Shown: positions 52,501 through 64,000 of the stretch, one piece after another | Layout: the number at the start of each line of letters is the position of its first letter | Numbering within the stretch: the first letter of the stretch is position 1 | NCBI RefSeq assembly: GCF_009914755.1 | Contig: NC_060935.1 | From: the human T2T-CHM13v2.0 reference genome, Homo sapiens | Length of the DNA stretch: 64,000 nucleotides | Reading direction: 5' to 3' (one strand) | Notes under the pieces: model-generated | Told to the model about the DNA's origin: nothing | The model's database searches: none | What the model saw: only the letters and a program-made list of their open reading frames with translations | Translations under genes and position numbers: made by a program

Positions 52501-55500
52501 ATATACAAAATCCTCAAAAAAGTAGTTTTTTTATATACAAATCTCTATAGTGACCAGATAATCTGATCTGTGTTGTGCAACATGGAGATGCAATGCTGAG
52601 GTTTTCCAGGAGAAAGAGAAAGGGAGGGAGTTAAGGTGATTTGTAGAAAAATCTAGATGCCAAAGGATGACTTTCTATAAGGGAAGTAACTCTTATGGAG
52701 TATTAAACCACCAGACAGCCAACTTTCTGATCATTTATCTCAGGGAATTCGCTCCATGGGTCCATGGGGGAGAAACCTCAGAGATGTGCTGGACCAACTT
52801 CCTTGGCTAGTGTGTGTATTTGCCCCCTAGCAAAGGCAACAGGCTGTTTCCAGGCAGGCAAAATGGTTGCCATGAGAAGAAACAGTGCCCCAGAAGGAGT
52901 GAGGCTCCGACTGCAACATCTCCATCTCCAGTGAGGATGATGACAAGGCTAACAGTCAGTTGTCAGGTTTCAACACTCACCCAAGGATTGGGGGTGTCTC
53001 CAGAGAAACTGAGGACCTGTTGCTACCCATTCTCTAGGTCAACTTCTGACTCTACAAAGCAGTGAGGTCTGTTCCAATAGCTGGTTTTATTCTCAGCACA
53101 AAAGGGCCCTGTGTAAAAACCAGAAGGATTTTGTAAAATATCAAAATGAATATTTGGCCTGGAGGTTGGAAAGTGAAGCAAGGCTGGACATAGAAAAAAA
53201 CTGATCAGTAGTTATTCAGGATATTATTTAGGATAAATGAAATAGGAACTTAGGGGCATCTCTCACTTTTCTACAGGTTCTTATCTGGGTCAATGAAGAA
53301 ATTGTGTTTATCTTGCTGCCCTTGCATCAGGTTTTTTGCACTAATGGAAAAAAGCCGGCCGAAAAACAAAACCCAATCCTTTCAGTCCTAGCTTTACATC
53401 TTGCCCTTGCAAACCTGAAGAGCTGAAGTCTTCTCTGACAACAAAGGAGTTCACAACACAACAAATACCAACACTACTCTATTTAGCAGAAGTTTGGACA
53501 AACAGCAGAGGTGTCCACCATGGGCCATTGCAGCAGTGCCAGAAAGTGCAAGAGGTTGTTTAAAGATCATGGCTGGTGACATGGACCTTGTAGACCATGC
53601 ATTGTATCCCATCCACCCTACAAACTAATCAGGCCTTGAAGAGGGCAATGATAGTCAGAAAATTCCATTCTTGTAAGTTAGAGCATCTCTTCCTGCAATG
53701 TGATACCCATGATAAAAACAAACCAAGAGGAAAATGTGAAAATGAATTTGCGGGCTTACTTGTGAATGGGTGTGCATGTCTACATACTGGCGGAGAAGAA
53801 AAGATATTTACAAACAGTTGCCGTGATTGTGCAAGTGTTGCACCAAATTTCAAAAGAGTGATCAAGGTTATTCACCAAAGGCTCTCAAATTCCCATACTG
53901 GGTGGGCAATTAGAATTGTTGGAGAAAATTGTGTGTTTTGGGTATTCAGAGAGGGCTCTGTTGCTACAGCAGCAATGATGCAACAGCTTGAGTGAGGCTG
54001 TAGGTTCATCCAGTCCTCTCATGTTGACTCTGGAAACATTTTTCCGTGAGCCAAATCACTACTTCTATTAGGAAGGTGAGTTTAAGTCAAGGGAACTTTT
54101 ATTAAAAAACTTTTATTGGTGTCTCAAAATATCAAACTGTGAATGAACATGGCCAACTTTGAAGCTTGTTGTAAAACATCAAATGAATAGAGGCTTGAAT
54201 TTAATTTCTCCCAAAGGAGATGAGAAAAATCTAAATTGATTATTCATTATTGTGGGCTACTTCAACTTAAAATGTAAATAGGTCACATTTTATAGTAGGA
54301 AGCCTCTTAAGAAGGAAACAAAGCAGAGATCATAATACATTGGGCTCATAGGGCTGGAAGGGGATTTTAGTCATTTAATCCAACCCCTTCACTTTTCATA
54401 TGGGAGAAAATGAGGCTTGGACACAAAATGACTTATGTAAGTCATACAGCTAAAAATGGGCAGAGTCTAAATCAAATGTTCCCTCTACCAAACCATGTTG
54501 TTTCTTATCATCTCTATGTCATTGCCTGAATTAGCTGTGTTATGCTACAAAGTTGGATACTATTTAATCAAGATTCTCTGTTATCTATTTTAAAACCAAG
54601 CCTCACACTAACTTGTGTGATGGCTTACTAAGCTGGCTGTTAGCAAAGCAGCAACAATAAGTGGAATGATAGGAAAGGAAGAGGTGGAGTAGAAAATTTG
54701 GTTTTCTTTTAGGGAAAATCATAAGAAAATGTGTCATGAGCAGCTGGAAACTCACTCTATGCTAGGAGAACAATCTGCCTCTAGTGCCACCTGCTTGGAT
54801 TGGCACTCAGTGATCCCTCTAGGCTTAACCAGAAATTACTACAGATACTGAGACCATTTATCTTCTTTGACAATTAGACTTACAAAACTCACTCCAGAAT
54901 TCCTTCAGGCTGTTTTTTTTTAACTTAGTCTTCTTCTGCCTCCAGACTCTAGCATTCTTATTCAAGGAGCAAGTATGATAATAACTGAAAATTTCATTTG
55001 GTCCTTTTTCTTGGTTTGGAATGAGTTCAGTTGGAGAATAAGTAAAACAAACCAGCAGCTCAGACAACTAGATAGCCGTAAGAGATAGAGAGCAGCTAGG
55101 TGAGAAAAATCACTTCCACTGGGGTATAACTGCTGTGCACTTTTAGTCATCAAACTAGATGAGAGCTAATGAGACTTGTTTTTCAGGAGTCAGAACTATG
55201 GAGAATTCTCTCTGAGCACGGATATACCTACTTGGATTTACTGCTGCATTCCATGGGAAAATATTGCACAGGTGGCCGAAGCCTTGATTCTGACAAAAGT
55301 AAAAAAAACTATAACATCACTTTTGCTATTGAGAGCAAAGGGACGTGTAGTATTTGCAAAAACATGGCAGAATTGGGTTTCCTTTGGTGGACCCAGTAAA
55401 TGAGTTTCCCAACCACTTTGCTCCAAAAGGGCTTCTTGACTAGATACATATGCAAATGATGTATTTCTCCACACACAAGTGGAAATGACCAGAGACCCTC

Positions 55501-56958
55501 TAATCAACAGGTCATTGAGATTCCTGGCATCACCTAGCAGGAATCTCCCCATGACTTGAATTTTCCCTAAGCCTTTCTCATATTCCATGAGTCTAAATCC
55601 AGGAGCTAGGCATTTTGGCACCCCTTCTTTCAGCTTTCATGAATATCCAGGCTGACTAGTGGTTCGAGAGGAGAAAGAAATATTTGTCTTTTACAGGGTA
55701 TGGTAACTTCTGCAGACAGCAAAACCATAGGCTGTGTTTCTACACACTCAATAGGAAGTAAAAACTGAAACTGATAGCTATGTGGTTCAGCTCTCATAAC
55801 CTAGAGTCCTATGTTGAAGATCTGTGAGATCTAGATGATTGCCCTGATTTTCTGATGCTCTTTGTATGGGAAGCATGCCCTCAAAGATCTAAGGTAAAGT
55901 ATTACCTTGAAAGATAAGCTATTCTTCTCACTGATTGGATTGGATTTGATTCATTGAATTTGAGTAAGTAATTAAGTGATGATTCCACTTGGGTTTCTCA
56001 AAGGGCAAGAATGAGAAAGAGAAGAATTAAAGTCTACTTAGTTGGTTTTCTCCTGAAATGATTCTGATTCCTAAAAAACATGAATGAGTCTATAGCAAAA
56101 TGGCATTGCCGAAGCCCTGATTTACAGACCTTACAGGATGCAGTGTATGTATGTTTCTGGCCTGCTGTAACTGTATATAAATATAACATTTATGCATTAT
56201 CAAATAGTAACAGACTATTACAAGCATTCATATATATGTTGAACCAATTAGGATAAATCTATACATATAATTGACAGGTTAAATGTATTCTATTTAGATA
56301 AAGGTTATTAGAGGTATACCCTGGATCCATTTGTTCTGTTTATGGCACATATGCTGGGCAAAGAAAATCCCAAATGGGCATGGCAAGGGAGAAATAAATG
56401 AGGCTTACATAAAAACAGAGGACATAGACATATGTCAACATGTCAACTCTACATGCATTTTGGATTTTCAGGCTAGTCCTGAGTTCAAGAAATTGTATAT
56501 TTTTAATATGACTTATTGAATTTCCAGATAAGTGTGATTTTCTAAGTATATTCTCACGAGACTTCCTGCACACAGTAAGTCTCAGACCAGAAAAAACTTG
56601 CTTTGTGAAGTTGTACACCTTGTTTCTTCCAAACACATTGTCTGCTGACATATTTACAGGCTAATAGGATAGCTAGGAAAAAGTTGAAGACAAAACACAC
56701 CGGAAAGGTTTCAGGCAGAGTTCTGAGAAGAGAATCCTGTGACCACTCCATTGAGAAACATGCCCATGTATATAGATCCCAAAGCTGGCCTTCCATAGCA
56801 AAAAACAACAAGCTCCTAGACGCTTTGCCTATAGCCTCCAACTTACCAGAAAAAAGCTCTTGGGAACACCACTTAAAGAAAATCCTAAACAGTTTCACAG
56901 CTAAACCCAGGAACTGTCTCCTTAACCTATAACATTTGCTGTAAAGAATGTATTTTCT

Positions 56959-57258
56959 GGCCGGGCACGGTGGCTCACGCCTGTAATCCCAGCACTTTGG
57001 GAGGCCATGGCGGGTGGATCATGAGGTCAGGAGATCGAGACCATCCTGGCTAACATAATGAAACCCATCTGTACTAAAAATACAAAAAATTAGCCAGGCA
57101 TGGTGGCATGTGCCTGTAGTCCCAGCTACTCGGGAGGCTGAGACAGGAGAATCGCTTGAACTAGAGAGGTGGACATTGCAGTGCAGTGAGCTGAGATCGT
57201 GCCACTGTACTCCAGCCTGAGCAACAGAGCAAGACTCTGTCTAAAAAAAAAAAAAAAA
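56959..57258 (+). mobile_element. Alu (AluSc-like), antisense within the SLC1A2 3'UTR
   Basis: Full Alu; TSD aaagaatg(t/c)attttct at 56943-56958 and 57259-57274. Confidence 0.95.
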
Positions 57259-59161
57259 AAAGAATGCATTTTCTACTACTACACTTAATCATATCCCTTG
57301 ACCACCCTGACCCTGTTTACTGCCCATCTACTGGAAATAAAGACCAATGTCATTTGAAAAGCAAAAATGAAAAGTTGCCTAATACTGTTCAGTAGTGATC
57401 CTTATCCAAAAATCACTAGGGTTTAGGAGACAAAAACAACTGGAATCTCATGTCTCTTGTATGTTTCAAAGGTATCTGATTTAAAAGAGAGAAGTCACAA
57501 GGAGCAGATAAGAAAGGCTATTTGAGGTCCATAAGCACCCTCATCTCAGAGAATTTGGATTCTATAAACCATGACTGTCTCAGCATCCCTCCGCTGGTTT
57601 CATGTAATACAGCCTATTCTCACCTATAAACAAGGTTCTACATACTTCTTAGAGTCAAATGTGCTTTATTTCTCAATGATTCAAGTCCCAAGCTTACTCC
57701 CAAACCCAGCAACCTTAGGAAAATACTGTGCGTTATTCAATAAAAAAGGATAGTAGAGACATTAAAAATTTTAGCTTGCATTACCAATCATTAAGGATTT
57801 GTTGGCTGCCTACTGCATGCAAGGCACTGTGCTACACCAATTATATTATTTTTTCCTTAAAACTTCACAGCCTTAAACAAGATTCCATCTGTGAAGTTGT
57901 ACAGAGCCATCCTTTGTTGCCATGTCATTGTTCAAGGCTGCCTGGACTCTGCCATAGGAATATCACTTTTATAGGGTTTTGCACAGATGTTTGTTTTCTG
58001 TTCCTTTCTACTGAGAAGACTGAGGAGGAAGACTGGCTCTGCTTCCAACTGTGTCCTATAACTGGTTTTATGTGCTTTGATAGAAGATAACAAAACGCTT
58101 TCAACATATTGGATAAATACCAGTATTTTTGTTTCATCAAGAGATGACATTAAAAGAGGCACAGCCAACACAAGTGTCTTCCATGTGTGAGGACAGTAAA
58201 ATGACCAGGCTTTCTAGGACGATGAGATGATGACTGAAATAATTGACAGATTAAAAATATCTTTTTCTTTAGGAACCAAAAAATAATCTTTTGGGTTAAA
58301 CAAAGCAAAACACATACCAAATAATCTCATTTGATTTTACTACACCAGGTGAAGGCAAACCGAACATAAATAAATTTGAATATTTAACTCTGGTTAAACT
58401 TTATGTTGACTGTGCTCTCTTACTTTTGTCAATATCTACAGTGGTTATATATAAAATACTTCCTAATCAATTATCAAATTTAGAAAGAATAATGAAACAT
58501 ACTTTGAAATTTCAACCATTGTTCTCACAGATTACACAGGGTAAGGCAGAGATGTAACAGGTTCTTTAATCAACTGCCTTTAAGAGCATGGCTCCCTTTA
58601 AAACTGTCTTTGAAACATTTTACTTAAAGAGCATATGGAAGATAAATTGTCAGAATTCCCTAAGACAGGTATTTGCTTTTAATCAATCCATGTGCAAGCT
58701 TTACTAGACATTTTAAGGGGAGTTACTTCTAGAGGCTTTTAATAGAATCTCTTGTGCATAACAAGGCGAGACATGGAGAACACTTTAAGGAATAACACGC
58801 TGTGTGTTTGCTCATTTTCCCAAGTCCCTGGAGTGTACCACACTGCTTTACTCATGTCCCCTGGGAAAAGAGCATCCACATTTCTGCATCTTGGGAGAAA
58901 AGGGAAGCTGGCAAGAACGTGTCTTCAATTCCAACTGATTCCTCCAGCAGCATCCATTCAAATAATAATACAAGTGAGAAAATTAGACGGTTATAAAGCA
59001 TTATTTGGCAAAGACACAGCACCGTGCCTGTCATCACTGACTCACAAGAGCTCCTCTAAGCCTCGGCTAACAGATTAAGTAAACATAGAAATATACGCAT
59101 TTTTTTCCTTTTTAAAGAAAGCTTGTTTATATCATCAGTTACCATAGGATACGCTGGGGAG

Positions 59162-59167
59162 TTTATT
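59162..59167 (-). terminator. Candidate stop-proximal SLC1A2 polyadenylation signal
   Basis: AATAAA on the - strand 25 nt after the stop codon. Confidence 0.45.
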
Positions 59168-59192
59168 CAAGAATTTGCTGAGACTCATATCC

Positions 59193-59513
<321 letters not shown>

Positions 59514-60003
59514 CTACTATGTTTTTAGTGTTGTGGGGTGTCTAACTACCCAGAGATCCATCACACAATAACACAGTCCTTAAAATACAGTGCCCATGTG
59601 CTACTCCATACAACCACAGAGGAAGAAATCCAGAACTAGGTATCTAGTTCTACTCATGCATGTGAAAGGTTCAGTTGCAATGACACCAGGTAGATGGCAT
59701 ACGTGTCTAATTTTTAAATCAGAAATCATGACATTTCAGCTGTGCCAAATAAGCTATCCCAGCTTTAAAGATTAAAAAGAAAAGTAGGGAGAATTAAAAG
59801 TCTGAGATTGGTGACAATGTTTATCTAAATTACTTCAATGCAGACATTTAATAATCAGATAAAATTACCAGACCATCTATATTATGCTTCCCTGGCTCAA
59901 AGTGAACTGAACCTTTTTGCAGAATAGGAGGTTTTCCCCTCCACTTCTAAGTAGTTTTCCTAGCTTACCTTCTGTCTGTCTGTCCTCAACGTCATGTGCA
60001 AAC

Positions 60004-60039
60004 TTAAACCCACGACTGATATTCCACATAATGGAGAGA
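60004..60039 (-). CDS. SLC1A2: SLC1A2 alternative C-terminal exon (GLT-1c/EAAT2c type)
   Basis: aatccag|TCTCTCCATTATGTGGAATATCAGTCGTGGGTTTAA = SLHYVEYQSWV*, in frame after ...DECK; matches the GLT-1c C-terminus as I recall it. Confidence 0.85.
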   Translation of the reverse strand, partial: SLHYVEYQSWV

Positions 60040-61482
60040 CTGGATTTATGAAAGCATTAGAATATGGAGACGTGACAAACGCAGTAATGTTTGAAAGAAA
60101 TCTGACTTTCTTCTTACCCAAGTGGAAGTGAAATGCATGCATCATGACCACATACAACATGCTAGGAACAGAAAACCAAGTGCCCTTCAACGAATCAAGC
60201 AAAGGAAAATAAAAACCATTTATCCAATCCCCATTAGCCCCCCAATTTTTTTCAGAAAAACAGACCATGCAATTAGCAATGACTGCTCCACATGCAGTTA
60301 TTCTGATTAAACTTGAAAACTATTGTGTAACTTCAAACTACTATTACCAGGCAAGAGTTTGAATACACAGACCAACAAGACATAACAATGCTTGAAATGG
60401 TTAAAGTTTTGACCAGAGCTGCAGCAAATTTGTTTCCCTTTCAGTGAACTGTCAAGAAAGATTGCCAGGGACAGACTGTCTGCCCAGAGAAAGTTGTCTG
60501 TTCACTATAACCTTGAATGTGCCTATTTGGCTCTCAGCGATGAACCGCATCAATAGTGGTACAAAATTATCAATCACAGTGTGGTGCCTTTGAAAGACCA
60601 GACAGCACTTGGGGGGAAGTGTTTTTGTTTTGTTTTTTTGTTTGTAAATACTGGGGCCTATGTTTCAAAAGAATCTGGGACAGCAGATTTTTTTGGCGTT
60701 TCCTTTCTTGGCTGGGCTAAAGAAAGCCAGGACTCCATTCCCCAACCTGTCCCACTTCTCTCTGCTCCAACCACTTGGGTAATACAAAAGAAAAAGAGGA
60801 TGGCATTGGCAGCAAGCGCTGACATCTCCCATCTCAGTTTTTAAAAAGTGGGAAATAGTGAGACAGAATTAACCATAAGGAAGTTCAAAGGAATAAGTAA
60901 ATGTGACCCAGATATCCTCAGAAAGGGTGTAAATTTATCTCCATGGCTCTGGCTGCCTCCTTCCCACACCAGCATCAACACAGTTAACTGATTTAGAGTG
61001 AGAAGAATCAACTTGCTTTACCTAGCAAAGGCTGAGGATCAAATAGCCTTCACTAAGCTGAACCCAACAATTTCATTAAAAATGTAAACAACTGAAATAG
61101 TTGATAAACCAATAGAGCTATTTTCATCATCTTCAAGACCTGCTCAGCTTGACCACTGGTCACCTAAAGGCTAATTAACCAATGAGTTTGCAGGTGGTTG
61201 GCTGGCTAACCATTTACATAGAGACTGAGCCACTATCTCTATGGAACTGTCCAGCAAAAAGGTTACCTAAAACACAGCAAGGACTAAAGATGCTAAAAGG
61301 ATCCATTCAACAAATATTTATTGAGTCCCCTACAACATGCCAGACACTATTTTAGGGCTGGGTCACAGTAGTATAACTGGGGACAAAGCCTTACTCCTAA
61401 TGAGCTTACTTTCTACTAATATGGATAATTCACATTTCCTTATAGGGCTTGAAATAGTTTGCTTTAAAAAACGAAGCAAATT

Positions 61483-61780
<298 letters not shown>

Positions 61781-63247
61781 AGAAGCAAATTTATCCTCAT
61801 GTGCTTGATGTCCTTCAAAAACAAATCCAGGAAGTCTGAAATCTAAAGACATCTCCACGCCCACACCTTCTTTTTCAAAAAGTGTCCTACAAAATATTAA
61901 GAGGCCTCTTGAGAAATTCCAAAAGGGCCATACGCAGTTAACCACTAGGATTCTTCTCAAATATAATTATGAAATGTTTAAAAAATTGTGATTTTTTTGT
62001 TTTACATAATTTTTCCTCATATGGCAATAATTTGAGTTCAAGTCTTATCATCATTACAACATTATACATTCTTTTTGCTGTCCTCCAGTGCCTAATTTAT
62101 GGCTTTATAGATAATAGGCATTCAATAAATACTGGATGAATAATCAAAATATAGGATCTCACAGGAATGAGACAGGCGCACTCAACTGAATCTTACAAGG
62201 CACACAATAAGTACTTAAATATACTAGAACATAAAGCCATTCACAAGATTATTGACCCTTGTTGATTCAAACTAACATTTTGATGGGGAATAATCCAGCA
62301 CATTCACTCAGATGTGGGAAACACCAGCTTTCCATGAGAATGCATCATGTCCTCTAGGTACATCTGAATTTCTAATAATTTGAATCATTTTCACTGAGTC
62401 AATTAATAAACTTGTGCAATTGCCTCTTGATGGGTGGTTTCCCTCCCTAATTTGTTTCAGAGTCCTTGTTCACCCATGTATGTATCTTACAAAGAGAGGA
62501 CAAGAAAAAGCCTGTGCTAGTCCACTAGAATTCTGGACCTATGTTACAATCCAGTAAAGAGAATTGTTTCTATGACACCCTTAGTTGCCCAGCAAGAGCC
62601 ACAGTATGTATTTGTAATGACCCAGAAGTAATATAGGAAGAAATTAGTGATTAAATGTGACCTTGTCAACAGAAGTCAAAAAGCTACCAGAGATCTCTGG
62701 CTGGGTTCAGCTTGTCCTCAGCTGCTGTGTGGAATCATTTTAGAAACCAACCCCCAGAGTTGATTCTGCTCACCTGCCAGGGTTTCTCCAAGTTTGCTTT
62801 ACTCTGGTCATGACACTCTGACTTTGACAATGTCAAATTAGTTACAATGAAGGCTAGACAGAGCCCATCAAGCTTGAAGAATTAGCACCCAACAGCTTGG
62901 AGGAGAGCCCAGAACATCCATGCTGCAGAAAGATGGCACAGCCAGGCATTGTCTGAGATGTAGTGTTTTTAAAAAGACATTTCTGGATAATTGTCCTGAA
63001 GGATAGCTGTTCTTTACTTGAAATTGTTTACCCACTTTTGGAGCAAGGTACTCTCAGGTCAAAATTCACCTTTCCCACACAAATAAGAAAAAGATAGTTG
63101 TGTAAAGTTAAGTTGGCACATTTTTGACCAATATATGATATATAGCAAGGAGGACTACTTGTGCTAGGTACATCAGATGATGCTGGGGATTTCTCTTGAT
63201 GTTTAATTTGAGGAATAAAATATTTGAAAGTCAGTAGCCACAAATTC

Positions 63248-63498
63248 TTTTTTTTTTTTTTTTTTGAGATGGAGTCTTGTTCTGTCGCCCAGGCTGGAGT
63301 GCGGTGGCGCAATCTCGGCTCAATGCAAGCTCTGCCTCCCGGGTTCACGCCATTCTCCCACCTCAGCCTCCTGACTAGCAGGAGGGCGCCCGCCACCACA
63401 CCTGGCTAATTTTTTGTATTTTTAGTAGAGACAGGGTTTCACCTTGTTAGCCAGGATGGTCTTGATCTCCTGACCTCGTGATCTGCCCGCCTCGGCCT
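63248..63498 (-). mobile_element. 5'-truncated AluY
   Basis: Y-type gcaagctc...gggttcacgccattctc and gttagccaggatggtc; TSD agta(g/a)ccacaaattct at ~63233-63248 and 63499-63514. Confidence 0.93.
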
Positions 63499-63787
63499 AG
63501 TAACCACAAATTCTTGGGCGAAATATTCAAGACAACTGGTCAAATTAGTTAAATGGGGTAGATAGGGGAACCCGAATGGTTGTTTCACATCACATGGACG
63601 AAATAAGCAACTGATTGACTCTTTCTCCATCAGACTTGTTGATTTCCTGCCATGTTAGACACAGAATTAGATGATCTGGGACTCACAGAAGCTTGGGTTA
63701 CATGATTCTTTAGGAAAATAAATGTGACAATAATACATGCAGGGCTTTACGGTTTTTTTTTTTTTTAAAGAAATCAAGCATGCACTA

Positions 63788-64000
<213 letters not shown>

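Larger units (their letters stand above)
49505..59192 (-). other. SLC1A2: SLC1A2 long 3'UTR (~9.7 kb)
   Basis: Extends from the stop at 59193 to a minus-strand AATAAA at 49521-49526 with an adjacent UGUA; repeat-poor; consistent with the known very long EAAT2 mRNA. Confidence 0.8.

Noticed and set aside
53597-53995. 132-aa plus-strand ORF antisense to the SLC1A2 UTR
   Set aside because: No homology recognised and no supporting splice or promoter features

Overview
Human (primate, Alu-rich) genomic DNA containing the 3' ends of two convergent genes that I recognise from their translated exons. On the + strand is the 3' half of CD44: variant exons v6, v7, v8, v9 and v10, two constant stem exons, the transmembrane exon, the alternative 'short-tail' terminal exon, and the long-tail terminal exon with a ~3.07 kb 3'UTR ending near 30499. 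On the - strand is the 3' end of SLC1A2 (EAAT2/GLT-1): part of the penultimate coding exon, three alternative C-termini (a: ...WKREK, b: ...DIETCI, c: ...YQSWV) and a ~9.7 kb 3'UTR ending near 49505. The ~19 kb between the genes holds Alu, L1, MaLR/LTR and DNA-transposon remnants, a near-perfect CTCF motif, a diverged ~112 bp duplication and a 29-bp minisatellite. Almost all ORFs in the supplied track are spurious. I found no convincing, wholly new biological system. The best leads are post-transcriptional (RBFOX motif clusters around the SLC1A2 C-terminal switch, miR-218/QKI clusters in the distal SLC1A2 UTR, an RBFOX motif in place of the CD44 v7 pyrimidine tract) or structural (three unrelated 36-bp tandem duplications in one intron, an L1 ORF2-internal fragment with its own A-tail and candidate TSD). 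Repeat subfamily calls and their boundaries were made by eye and are approximate.
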